Source of the DNA: Octopus bimaculoides
Taxonomy: Eukaryota
Reading direction: 5' to 3'
Assembly (NCBI RefSeq): GCF_001194135.2
Contig: NC_069006.1
Span: 4,518,978 to 4,562,400, forward strand
DNA length: 43,423 nt
Shown: positions 11,956 to 26,459 of the stretch, piece by piece
How the letters are laid out: every line of letters starts with the position of its first letter
How positions within the stretch are numbered: the first letter of the stretch is position 1
The notes under the pieces: model-generated
What the model was told of the DNA's origin: nothing
Seen by the model: only the letters and a program-made list of their open reading frames with translations
The model's database searches: none
Program-made: the position numbers and the translations under genes

Positions 11956-12531
11956 TATTACGGCATTCAGTATATCACTCTTTAATTTAATTATGCAAAT
12001 TCATACCTTTGGTCCATTCGAATTATCTCCCTTAGTCCATTTTTATTTATTTATTTATTTTAATCATTCACTAATTCATAACCTTAATTGCGCTTTCGTC
12101 CCACCCTTATCCCCTCCAGCTACCTCATCCCGTCTCACAGCTTCCTGTTTCCTCTCTTTTGCCGCTTATGGTCATGCACGCTGTCATCGCTCACACACAC
12201 ACTCAGAGAAGCCGCCACTAACACTAAATATCACCACGACAGTAATTAACTATCAGATCGCCCTACCTGAAGCACGAACATTTTCCCCCACCACATCCTC
12301 ACCAATAATATCAATTCCTTGCATTACTTTTACCGACATCGCCTTCTTAACAATCACCTCATCGTACACCATCATTGCTACTATTAATAGATATCTTACA
12401 TCAATACCCACGAAATCTCATCTCGGGGTACCAACAATAGCACTGACGCTAACACGAACGCGCCTGGTCCGAAACGGTTTTTTAGCTATATAAATATAGG
12501 ATATATATATATATACATATATAGGATATAT

Positions 12532-12563
<32 letters not shown>

Positions 12564-14329
12564 GACAACAAAAGAATGAATGAGACCTTGATATTATGTA
12601 AATAGAGGAATNNNNNNNNNNNNNNNNNNNNNNNNNNNNNNNNNNNNNNNNNNNNNNNNNNNNNNNNNNNNNNNNNNNNNNNNNNNNNNNNNNNNNNNNN
12701 NNNNNNNNNNNNNNNNNNNNNNNNNNNNNNNNNNNNNNNNNNNNNNNNNNNNNNNNNNNNNNNNNNNNNNNNNNNNNNNNNNNNNNNNNNNNNNNNNNNN
12801 NNNNNNNNNNNNNNNNNNNNNNNNNNNNNNNNNNNNNNNNNNNNNNNNNNNNNNNNNNNNNNNNNNNNNNNNNNNNNNNNNNNNNNNNNNNNNNNNNNNN
12901 NNNNNNNNNNNNNNNNNNNNNNNNNNNNNNNNNNNNNNNNNNNNNNNNNNNNNNNNNNNNNNNNNNNNNNNNNNNNNNNNNNNNNNNNNNNNNNNNNNNN
13001 NNNNNNNNNNNNNNNNNNNNNNNNNNNNNNNNNNNNNNNNNNNNNNNNNNNNNNNNNNNNNNNNNNNNNNNNNNNNNNNNNNNNNNNNNNNNNNNNNNNN
13101 NNNNNNNNNNNNNNNNNNNNNNNNNNNNNNNNNNNNNNNNNNNNNNNNNNNNNNNNNNNNNNNNNNNNNNNNNNNNNNNNNNNNNNNNNNNNNNNNNNNN
13201 NNNNNNNNNNNNNNNNNNNNNNNNNNNNNNNNNNNNNNNNNNNNNNNNNNNNNNNNNNNNNNNNNNNNNNNNNNNNNNNNNNNNNNNNNNNNNNNNNNNN
13301 NNNNNNNNNNNNNNNNNNNNNNNNNNNNNNNNNNNNNNNNNNNNNNNNNNNNNNNNNNNNNNNNNNNNNNNNNNNNNNNNNNNNNNNNNNNNTTATCATA
13401 ATTAATATTAATTCTTTCTTTTATTTTTTTTTGTATTATAGAAAAGTTAAAATTACCCCAGTCCAAAATAATAATAATAATAAGAAGAAGAAGAACAGCA
13501 ACAACAACAATAATAATTATTATTATAATAATCCTTTCTACTATAGGCACAAGGCCTGACATTTTTTGGGAGGGGATGAGTCGATTACATTGCTCCCCAG
13601 CGTTCAACTGGTATTTATTTTATCGACCCCGAAAGGATGAAAGGAAAAAATCGACCTCGGTGGAATAATAATAATAATAATAGGTCCTAATAATAATAAT
13701 AATAATAATGATTTCTTTTATTTACCACCAGGGTAAAGGATGAGAAAGACAGACATAAAGTGTGAGGGTTTAACATATATTGGAATGGTTTAATTAACAA
13801 CAACAACAACAATAATAATAATAATTTAATAAATGAATAAAAAATATATGTGCAACACGTTAGTTTGATGCAACGTGCTAGCATTCCGCTTCTCATCTTT
13901 AACAGTGTTTGGTTCCAGCAATCTTCACCGTCACCGCTTTTTAAGGAACGTCGGCTCCGTCGCTGCCAATAAACTAACTGCTTTACCAACTCATAACACC
14001 AAAAACCATTAACAACAACAGCATTAACTTATAACCCGTACATCAATCTCCACCACCGCCGCCGCCTTACTGGCATCATTAGCTAACTATAGCTCAGACT
14101 ACAGTCATTTGCCATCATCAACTATATCCCGTACTGTAGTCACCACTGTTGAGCCGTATCCCATACCACAATCGGCTCCACTGCAGCCGTCCCCTTCATC
14201 TGTAACCCAAACCACCACCACCACCACCGCCACTGTTGTTGCCCTTTCTCTCATCTGCACCGACGCTACCAAACAGTACCAGTATTTCGTAATGTAGGCA
14301 GGAGATAGTATATAGAAGTGGCCATGGTG

Positions 14330-14740
14330 GGAGAGAGAGAGCGTGAGGAGACGGACAGACAGGCTGGTAGGAACGGATGGATAGAGAGAAAGAGAGAGAG
14401 AGAGACAGAGAGGAAGAGAGATGATGAGGGAGAGAAACTTAGATAAAGAGAGGGAGAGAGAGTGAGAGAAAGAGGAAGAAAGAAAGAGACAGGCAGACAA
14501 ACAGACTGATAGGGAGACAAAAATGAAGGGAGAGAGAGAGAGAGAGAGAGAGACGGACAGACAGAAAGAGTAAATGAGAGAGAAAGAGAGATGGTCATTC
14601 ATTGCAAGAGAGGGAGAAAGAGAAACTGACAGCGAGAGGGAGAGAGAGAGAGAGAGAGATTGAGACGGAGGATAGTCAAAGAGAAATGGTGATGAAAGTA
14701 GCAAGAGAAGGAAGCAGAGTCTGCAAGGAAAGGTACCGTT

Positions 14741-14798
<58 letters not shown>

Positions 14799-14840
14799 TA
14801 TATATATACACACACATGCATACATACACACACAAACACA
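14330..14840. repeat. Degenerate (GA)n tract followed by (CA)n
   Basis: Direct reading; explains the SL/CV-rich pseudo-ORFs. Confidence 0.9.
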
Positions 14841-16297
14841 NNNNNNNNNNNNNNNNNNNNNNNNNNNNNNNNNNNNNNNNNNNNNNNNNNNNNNNNNNNN
14901 NNNNNNNNNNNNNNNNNNNNNNNNNNNNNNNNNNNNNNNNNNNNNNNNNNNNNNNNNNNNNNNNNNNNNNNNNNNNNNNNNNNNNNNNNNNNNNNNNNNN
15001 NNNNNNNNNNNNNNNNNNNNNNNNNNNNNNNNNNNNNNNNNNNNNNNNNNNNNNNNNNNNNNNNNNNNNNNNNNNNNNNNNNNNNNNNNNNNNNNNNNNN
15101 NNNNNNNNNNNNNNNNNNNNNNNNNNNNNNNNNNNNNNNNNNNNNNNNNNNNNNNNNNNNNNNNNNNNNNNNNNNNNNNNNNNNNNNNNNNNNNNNNNNN
15201 NNNNNNNNNNNNNNNNNNNNNNNNNNNNNNNNNNNNNNNNNNNNNNNNNNNNNNNNNNNNNNNNNNNNNNNNNNNNNNNNNNNNNNNNNNNNNNNNNNNN
15301 NNNNNNNNNNNNNNNNNNNNNNNNNNNNNNNNNNNNNNNNNNNNNNNNNNNNNNNNNNNNNNNNNNNNNNNNNNNNNNNNNNNNNNNNNNNNNNNNNNNN
15401 NNNNNNNNNNNNNNNNNNNNNNNNNNNNNNNNNNNNNNNNNNNNNNNNNNNNNNNNNNNNNNNNNNNNNNNNNNNNNNNNNNNNNNNNNNNNNNNNNNNN
15501 NNNNNNNNNNNNNNNNNNNNNNNNNNNNNNNNNNNNNNNNNNNNNNNNNNNNNNNNNNNNNNNNNNNNNNNNNNNNNNNNNNNNNNNNNNNNNNNNNNNN
15601 NNNNNNNNNNNNNNNNNNNNNNNACACACAATTTAAATATTGGATAAAATCTTTATAAGAATTTATCAAGTAGTTAGCGTGAAAAACCCCTCATAATTTC
15701 CCCCTTATATATATATATATATATGTGTGTTTAAAAAACCCGAAGTAAAAGCCTACCCACCCGGGGGGGGGGGCTTATATATATATTTATTTATTCATTT
15801 ATTCAAAAACCCCGAAAAAAACAGCCCACACAATAAATAACTAATATAAAAAAAAGAATTAATTAAACAGCCAACACAAAATTTTGAGTGCGGGGGTGTA
15901 TATAAAGAGGGGGTGGTTTATATATGCATGTGTGTAATATTGGGTGGGAAGAGGATTATTTTGGCTTTGGCTGAAGGAGAAACATTTACATGGATAAGAC
16001 ATCAGCTTTTTTTCCTCTTTCGTTTGTCAAAGACCCGTCGCAGCCGCAATGACTGACTGTTACAACAACAGTTTGTAGGAAGCGAAATGCAACAGTTTAA
16101 TACCAACACTTTATTATTGTTGTTGTTATTTTCATTTATTCTGGTTGAAATAGCAGCAACAGTTTGTAACAGGGTTTAACAATATTTAGTTGATACATAC
16201 AGACAGACACGGCACTGTAACAGCATACACTGCCTCTTACGTCTGTGTGTGTGTGTGTCTTTGTACATAGTCTCTGTGTGTGTATGTGTATACACAA

Positions 16298-16331
<34 letters not shown>

Positions 16332-16755
16332 AGCGCCCACCTTTACATAACACACACGCACTTTTCTAATTATAAATAGACACGTTATAGTTACACATAT
16401 CTTCGTGTGTACATACAGCTACTATATATATATACACGCACACATACATACAGCATATATACATACACACGGAGAGACTGACAGATAAACTATAGATCTT
16501 TAGCTATTTTTTTAATTGTCGGTCCATTGTCATTAATATTTGCCTCCTCTAATTATTAACACCATCATTCGGATTACGTTTTCGTCTAAACAGATCGTCC
16601 GCACATCTATCTGTATCTATCTACCGAAACACACGCGCACACATCTACATACATGTAGGGGAGAGAGAGAGCGAGCGAGAGAGAGAGAGAGAGAGCAGCA
16701 GGGTGACCAACCCGTTAAACACATCGAGAAGGAACGGTTGAGTATTGCAGGAACC

Positions 16756-16813
16756 ATGGGTCAGCTTTGGACCAAGATATTCCGTCACAAGGACGTTCGG
16801 ATTATTCTATTAG
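16756..16813 (+). CDS. First coding exon of an Arf/Arl-family small GTPase (ARF6-like N-terminus); remainder not seen
   Basis: gaaccATGG in strong Kozak context encodes MGQLWTKIFRHKDVRIILL(G). It has Gly2 (myristoylation position), an amphipathic helix and K-x-x-R-I-h-h-L-G, and aligns without gaps to ARF6 MGKVLSKIFGNKEMRILMLG. Consensus donor G|gtaaga at 16814. Confidence 0.78.
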
Positions 16814-16990
16814 GTAAGACGGCTTTATATCTATTCTTGACTAATATCATATTTTATTTTACACGCACACATATGTATATATATGTGTGTGTGTGTGTGT
16901 ATTTTTGTCTCTTAACATCTCTTCACACAGCATCTAAAATTACAATATTTTGTAACACATACACACATGCATGTATATGTGTGTATGCAT

Positions 16991-19029
<2,039 letters not shown>

Positions 19030-19424
19030 AGAGAGAGAGAGAGAGAGAGAAGGAGAGAGGGGGCAGCACATGTGTGGGCCAGAGGTCGTCTGTTAGAGAT
19101 TTAATGCAAATCAGTTGAGTGGCCCTTCACTGGATGTGGTCAAGAATGTGTGTGTGTGTATCTTTATTTAGTAGCTGCAGCAGCACTGTCCCAGGTGTGG
19201 AGGCAATATTCCCTTCTAGGCCCCGCTTCACTGAGCTTGTGGAGTGAGGGGTTGAAATATTTTCTGACCCAAAACAAAAGGGTGTACATGTATGTATGTA
19301 TGTAATTGTGTGTGTGTGTGTGTATATATACACACACACACACACATTTATGTATACATATACTGTTCGGTAAACAAGCAAAAGCGCTAATAAAGAATTA
19401 TCCTAAATTCTGACTGCCTCTTTC

Positions 19425-19468
<44 letters not shown>

Positions 19469-19945
19469 NNNNNNNNNNNNNNNNNNNNNNNNNNNNNNNN
19501 NNNNNNNNNNNNNNNNNNNNNNNNNNNNNNNNNNNNNNNNNNNNNNNNNNNNNNNNNNNNNNNNNNNNNNNNNNNNNNNNNNNNNNNNNNNNNNNNNNNN
19601 NNNNNNNNNNNNNNNNNNNNNNNNNNNNNNNNNNNNNNNNNNNNNNNNNNNNNNNNNNNNNNNNNNNNNNNNNNNNNNNNNNNNNNNNNNNNNNNNNNNN
19701 NNNNNNNNNNNCACTTCAACATTTAAATTTAATTTGCCAAAATATTTTCATCGCTTTGAGACCGCAACCTGTTCAGTGATAAAATTCTGTGCTGCATCAT
19801 CATCATCATCATCGTTTAACGTCCGCTTTCCATGCTAGCATGGGTTGGACGATTTGACTGAGGACTGGTGAAACCGGATGGCAACACCAGGCTCCAGTCT
19901 GATTTGGCAGAGTTTCTACAGCTGGATGCCCTTCCTAACGCCAGC

Positions 19946-19980
<35 letters not shown>

Positions 19981-20294
19981 TAAGGTTGCTACATCCTCTG
20001 GAAAAAATTATTATAATATATATATATATATGTATATATAAAATGTACCTACCAAAGGTGTCAATGCTTCCAGTTGCTTGGTACCCCTGACAATGTCCCC
20101 ACAACCTCTCCCTATACACACCAAACTTCTGAATCTCTCACTCTCTACAGGTACATATATCCTGATATCCCAAAAGAGAGGCCACCCCCTCTCACCCAGC
20201 AATCTATTTTCCTGTTGTTCTCACCTTTAACGTTTCTAAGGTAATGGCTGCAGTCATTAACAATAACATTCTCCAACACCTTGACACACACATA

Positions 20295-20366
<72 letters not shown>

Positions 20367-21334
20367 ATCTTCAATTACAGCAACTGTGCTTGGTGCCACA
20401 TTTATAAAGGACTGGTGCTGGTACCATGTAAAAGGCATCTAGAACATTCTGTAGCAGGGGTTGGCATTAAAAAGGGCATCCAGCCATAGAAACCATGCAA
20501 GAACAGACAATTGGAGCCTGGTGCAGCTCTCCAGCAGGCCAGCTCCTGTCAAACTGTCCAACCCATGCCAGCATGGAAAGCAGACATTAAACGATAACGA
20601 TGATGATGATGATGGCTTCTTCTGCAGAGCCAATTCTCAAGAGACCTTACCCTGTCATGCCACTCGCTCACCAGTGGGCTCTAACTTTAGAGCAGCTTCA
20701 TGGAAGCTGTGTTCATTGCCCAATGGATATCTGTAAACCCTTTTAGCATAGACACAGGGCATGGCTCTGTGGTTGGGAAACTTATTTTAGGTTCCATTTC
20801 CTTGCATGGTAGTACCCTGAGTGTCTTTTACCCCACCCTAGGGCTCACCAATGCCTTGTGAGTGAATTTGATAGATGGAAACTATGGAAGCCCATCCTGT
20901 GTGTCTACGTGTTTGTGTGTGTCTTTGTGCCTTGTTTGTCCCCATCACCGCTTGAAAATAGCTGTTGGTTTGTTTACATCCCTCTAAATTAGCTGCTCAG
21001 AAAAGAGAGACAAGAATAAGTACTTGGGTTGATTTCTTCAAGTAAAACTCTTCAATGCAGTGCCCCAGCATGGCCATAGTCCACTGACTGGAGTGAAGAA
21101 AAGGTGAAGGATAAAAGAAATCTGGCATGTATATCTCTAATCAAAACATCCTACATATGGACTCCACCCATCTCCTATTTCATAGATTGATAGCTTCTAT
21201 CAGATTGCATCATGGCAGCACGTTTTGAAGGGGCCTTTTCTTGTCCTGCTCTCAATCCCTTCTGCTCCCCCCCCCTCACTCAGTTTGATTTCTGTCGCCT
21301 GCCCCCTCCTCTTTTCCTCTGTACTTCAATTATC

Positions 21335-21480
21335 CTTCTTTGCATATCTTGAAGTGGTTATCAGACACCTTAGATGGGAAAGGCAGCTTCAACATGAATG
21401 GTGAGCCCCTAACACATCTCTGATTTGCAAAGGAGACATTGCGATCATTACAGAACACTCATGTCAACTACAGACCTGAA
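21335..21480 (+). mobile_element. Degenerate reverse transcriptase fragment (RTE-like) abutting the 29-bp array
   Basis: LEVVIRHLRWE...NMNGEPLTHL*FA(DD)IAIITE...QLQT matches the RTE motif INGE.L.HLRFADDI, with an Arg codon changed to TGA and a frameshift in the DD codons. Confidence 0.6.
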
Positions 21481-21490
21481 CACCAATGGG

Positions 21491-24400
21491 TTCGCCAGTG
21501 AGGACCCTTAGAATAAAAGTTCAGAAGTGAGGAATCTTAGAATAAAGGTTCAGCAGTGAGGAAACTTAGAATAAAGGTTTGCAAGTGATGAATCTCAGAA
21601 TAAAAGTTCAGCAGTGAGGAGTCTTAGAATAAAGGTTTGCCAGTGAGGAATCTCAGAATAAAGGTTTGCCAGTGATGAATCTCAGAATAAAAGTTCAGAA
21701 GTGAGGAGTCTTAGAATAAAGGTTTGCCAGTGAGGAATCTTAGAATAAAGGTTTGCCAGTGATGAATCTCAGAATAAAAGTTCAGCAGTGAGGAGTCTTA
21801 GAATAAAGGTTTGCCAGTGAGGAATNNNNNNNNNNGAATAAAGGTTTGCCAGTGAGGAATCTTAGAATAAAGGTTTGCCAGTGATGAATCTCAGAATAAA
21901 AGTTCAGCAGTGAGGAGTCTTAGAATAAAGGTTTGCCAGTGAGGAATCTCAGAATAAAGGTTCAGCAGTGAGGAATCTTAGAATAAAGGTTTGCCAGTGA
22001 GGAATCCTAGAATAAAGGTTTGGCAGTGAGGAATCTTAGAATAAAGGTTTACCAGTGATGAATCTCAGAATAAAAGTTCAGCATTGAGGAATCTTAGAAT
22101 AAAGGTTTGCCAGTGAGGAATCCTAGAATAAAGGTTTGGCAGTGAGGAATCTTAGAATAAAGGTTTGCTAGTGATAAATCTCAGAATAATAGTTCAGCAG
22201 TGAGGAATATTAGAATAAAGGTTTGCCAGTGAGGAATCTTAGAATAAAGGTTTGGCAGTGAGGAATCCTAGAATAAAGGGTTGCCAGTGAGGAATCTTAG
22301 AATAAAGGTTTGCCAGTGAGGAATCCTAGAATAAAGGTTCAGCAGTGAGGAATCCTAGAATAAAGGTTTGCCAGTGAGGAATCTTAGAATAAAGGTTTGC
22401 CAGTGAGGAATCTTAGAATAAAGGTTTGCCAGTGAGGAATCTTAGAATAAATGTTTGCCAGTGAGGAATCCTAGAATAAAGGTTTGCCAGTGAGGAGTTT
22501 TAGAATAAAGGTTGACCAGTGAGGAATCTTAGAATAAAGGTTTACCAGTGAGGAATCTTAGAATAAAGGTTTGCTAGTTAGGAATCCTAGAATAAAGGTT
22601 TGCTAGTTAGGAATCTTAGAATAAAGGTTTGCCAGTGAGGAATCTTGGAATAAAGGTTTANNNNNNNNNNNNNNNNNNNNNNNNNNNNNNNNNNNNNNNN
22701 NNNNNNNNNNNNNNNNNNNNNNNNNNNNNNNNNNNNNNNNNNNNNNNNNNNNNNNNNNNNNNNNNNNNNNNNNNNNNNNNNNNNNNNNNNNNNNNNNNNN
22801 NNNNNNNNNNNNNNNNNNNNNNNNNNNNNNNNNNNNNNNNNNNNNNNNNNNNNNNNNNNNNNNNNNNNNNNNNNNNNNNNNNNNNNNNNNNNNNNNNNNN
22901 NNNNNNNNNNNNNNNNNNNNNNNNNNNNNNNNNNNNNNNNNNNNNNNNNNNNNNNNNNNNNNNNNNNNNNNNNNNNNNNNNNNNNNNNNNNNNNNNNNNN
23001 NNNNNNNNNNNNNNNNNNNNNNNNNNNNNNNNNNNNNNNNNNNNNNNNNNNNNNNNNNNNNNNNNNNNNNNNNNNNNNNNNNNNNNNNNNNNNNNNNNNN
23101 NNNNNNNNNNNNNNNNNNNNNNNNNNNNNNNNNNNNNNNNNNNNNNNNNNNNNNNNNNNNNNNNNNNNNNNNNNNNNNNNNNNNNNNNNNNNNNNNNNNN
23201 NNNNNNNNNNNNNNNNNNNNNNNNNNNNNNNNNNNNNNNNNNNNNNNNNNNNNNNNNNNNNNNNNNNNNNNNNNNNNNNNNNNNNNNNNNNNNNNNNNNN
23301 NNNNNNNNNNNNNNNNNNNNNNNNNNNNNNNNNNNNNNNNNNNNNNNNNNNNNNNNNNNNNNNNNNNNNNNNNNNNNNNNNNNNNNNNNNNNNNNNNNNN
23401 NNNNNNNNNNNNNNNNNNNNNNNNNNNNNNNNNNNNNNNNNNNNNNNNNNNNNNNNNNNNNNNNNNNNNNNNNNNNNNNNNNNNNNNNNNNNNNNNNNNN
23501 NNNTAAGGAATCTTAGAATAAAGGTTTACCAGTGAGGAATCTTAGAATAAAGGTTTGGCAGTGAGGAATCTTAGAATAAAGGTTTGCCAGTGAGGAATCT
23601 TAGAATAAAGGTTTGCCAGTGAGGAATCTTAGAATAAAGGTTTGCTAGTTAGGAATCTTAGAATAAAGGTTTGCCAGTGAGGAATCTTGGAATAAAGGTT
23701 TACCAGTAAGGAATCTTAGAATAAAGGTTTAGAAGTGAGGAATCCTAGAATAAAGGTTTGCCAGTGAGGAATCTTGGAATAAAGGTTTACCAGTGAGGAA
23801 TCTTAGAATAAAGGTTTGCCAGTGAGGAATTTTAGAATAAAAGGTTGCCAGGGAATCTTAGAATAAAGGTTTGCCAGTGAGGAATCTTGGAATAAAGGTT
23901 TGGCATTGAGGAATCTTAGAATAAAGATTTGCCAGTGAGGAATTTTAGAATAAAGGGTTGCCAGGGAATCTTAGAATAAAGGTTTGGCAGTGTGGAATCT
24001 TGGAATAAAGGTTTGGCATTGAGGAATCTTAGAATAAAGGTTCAGAAGTGAGGAATCCTAGAATAAAGGTTTGCCAGTGACGAATCTTAGAATAAAGGTT
24101 TGCCAGTGAGGAATCTTAGAATAAAGGTTCAGCAGTGAGGAATCTTAGAATAAATGTTTGCCAGTGAGGAATCTTAGAATAAAGGTTTAGAAGTGAGGAA
24201 TCCTAGAATAAAGGTTTGCCAGTGAGGAATCTTAGAATAAAGGTTTGCCAGTGAGGAATTTTAGAATAAAGGTTTGCCAGTGAGGAATCTTAGAATAAAG
24301 GTTTGCCAGTGAGGAATCTTAGAATAAAGGTTTGGCAGTGTGGAATCTTGGAATAAAGATTTGGTGGTGAGGAATCTTAGAATAAAGATTTGCCAGTGAG

Positions 24401-24517
24401 GAATCTTAGAATAAAGGTTTGCCTGTGAGGAATCTTAGAATAAAGGTTTGCCTGTGAGGAATCTTAGAATAAAGGTTTGCCAGTGAGGAATCTTAGAATA
24501 AAGGTTTGCCGGTGAGG
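21491..24517. repeat. Tandem array of a 29-bp unit CAGTGAGGAATCTTAGAATAAAGGTTTGC, about 75 sequenced copies plus gaps
   Basis: Head-to-tail copies visible at 21491-22660 and 23504-24517, interrupted by N runs; no unique spacers. Confidence 0.97.
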
Positions 24518-24589
24518 CAGAGTTTTACTTTCCCATTTATCATACCGTTTTGGTTGATATATATGTATATGTGTATGTATACATATGTA

Positions 24590-24649
<60 letters not shown>

Positions 24650-24785
24650 CATACATACAGGCTGTTCAAAAAGTCTCTCTGTAGTAAATTTTTTTCTCCA
24701 AGATGTATTTCAAAACATGTTTGGAAGAGTCAGCTTATGTATTGAAAATGAAGGATGACTCTTTCAACACCTCTTATAAAGTTGG

Positions 24786-24890
24786 GGGCTCTAGAGTGAG
24801 TGGGAAACCACTAACCAGCCTGGGCAGCTCCTGTCAAACCATCCAACCCATGCCAGGTTGGTTTGTGGTTTCCCACTCACTGCAGAGCCC
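24786..24890. repeat. Compact hairpin: 38-nt arms (24786-24823, 24853-24890), 29-nt loop
   Basis: On the + strand: 34 Watson-Crick pairs, 1 G.U, 3 mismatches. The loop resembles a piece of the RTE/SINE tail (CAGCTCCTGTCAAACCATCCAACCCATG, compare 20539-20567). Confidence 0.9.
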
Positions 24891-25969
24891 AGGTCTAGCA
24901 CCTTCTGACTTCCACAGATGAAGTGAAAGTGGATGTGAAGAATGATGGGGTTACAAATGTGCACAGTTGAATTTTTACAGTTTCTGTCAGCCAGATTCAC
25001 CTCACATGGCATTGGTCGACCCCAGGGTTACAGAGCAGAAGACTCTTTCTCTAGTTTCTGTCCAGTGGGACTGAACCTGAGACGGCACGGTTGCAAAGCA
25101 AGCTTCTTAAACACACACAGCCAATGCCCTTGGCTGAAACCCTCTCGATATGTTCTATGCTACATCAATGCAGCAACGAAAGAAACCCTGTTAACGAGGC
25201 AGTAACTTAATGTTCCCATGTCTGTGATGACGACGATGATGATGATGATCACCATCATCAGCATCATCATCATCATTACACTATCATACAGCTAACACAT
25301 GCTTTAATGGTGGTGGTGGTGGAGGAAGAGGATACGAACACAGCTGTAGCTACCTCTTATCTTGTTTCTCTGAAGATGTGCAGTCGTTGACAGCCTGGAA
25401 TGAGTGGGGAGTGACGAGTGTAGGGAAGGTGGTGGGAGGGGAGGATGATGGGTGGGTTGGTGGTTTGGTTGGGGGTTGGAGTTCTGACTGCTGGCTTGTG
25501 GGGGGGTTGAGTTGTGGAGGTGGGGAGAGAAGGTCGGGTGCAAGGCTGGAATGGAGGGAAGGCCGGGGTGGGGTCTATAGGCGCGGTTTGGTGGGAGGGA
25601 GGGAGGAGTGNNNNNNNNNNNNNNNNNNNNNNNNNNNNNNNNNNNNNNNNNNNNNNNNNNNNNNNNNNNNNNNNNNNNNNNNNNNNNNNNNNNNNNNNNN
25701 NNNNNNNNNNNNNNNNNNNNNNNNNNNNNNNNNNNNNNNNNNNNNNNNNNNNNNNNNNNNNNNNNNNNNNNNNNNNNNNNNNNNNNNNNNNNNNNNNNNN
25801 NNNNNNNNNNNNNNNNNNNNNNNNNNNNNNNNNNNNNNNNNNNNNNNNNNNNNNNNNNNNNNNNNNNNNTTGAAGAAAATTTGATGAAGTAAGGGGTTTG
25901 GTGTGAAATAAGAAAATTATGGTCCTTCTTAATGGAATGATTAAAAGTTAGAATATATATTGCTTTAAA

Positions 25970-26077
25970 GTCTTGGTGCAAGGCCTGCAATTTTGGGGAA
26001 GGGGGGGAGAATTGATTACTTGAGCATTTTCCTTGGTGTACTAACGATTCTGTCAGCTCAGTGCCTTTACTTACCTT

Positions 26078-26115
<38 letters not shown>

Positions 26116-26450
26116 CCTTTCTACTGGAGTCACAAGGCCTCAAATTTGTTGTGTGTGGGGGGGACTAGTTGATTGCATGGACCTCAGTATTTCACTGGTA
26201 CTTATTTTTAATTGACCGCAAAAGAATGAAAAGCAAAGTCTACCTCGGTGGAATTTGAACTTGGAATATGAAGATGGACGAAATGTTGTTGAACATTTCA
26301 CTCGGCATGCTAATGATTTGTGCTAGCTCACCACCTTTCCAATAATAATAATAATAATAATCCTTTCTACTAAAGGTGTAAAGGCTGGAAATTTGGGGGA
26401 AGGGGACTAGTTGATTGCATCGAACCCCAGTGTTTCACTGGTACTTAATT
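25970..26450 (-). mobile_element. Tandem minus-strand copies of the same SINE family separated by (AAT)n
   Basis: TAATAATCCTTTCTACT...CACAAGGCCT starts at about 26112 and 26355; core reversed. Confidence 0.7.
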
Positions 26451-26459
26451 TACTATACA

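Noticed and set aside
11930-12493. 187-aa ORF
   Set aside because: Begins in a SINE tail, has low-complexity T/S/I composition and no recognisable motif. GAAAC at about 12471 lacks an upstream CUGANGA, so it is not a hammerhead either.
14109-14297. Thr/Pro-rich mucin-like ORF
   Set aside because: Derived from degenerate (ACC)n repeats; no splice or homology support.
15680-15960. Homopolymer-rich segment after a gap
   Set aside because: Pattern typical of degraded read quality; no interpretable structure.
16813-16840. Read-through past the Arf donor gives GKTALYL, resembling GKTTILYKL (a P-loop-deleted pseudo-GTPase)
   Set aside because: G|GTAAG encodes Gly-Lys at any phase-1 consensus donor, and the frame then runs into microsatellite sequence; coincidence is more likely.
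21491-24517. CRISPR-like array (29-bp repeat length is in the CRISPR range)
   Set aside because: Units are directly adjacent with no unique spacers, there are no cas genes and the context is eukaryotic.
25420-25610. G-quadruplex-prone G-rich tract
   Set aside because: Lies directly against a gap and looks like low-quality read-end sequence; needs long-read confirmation.
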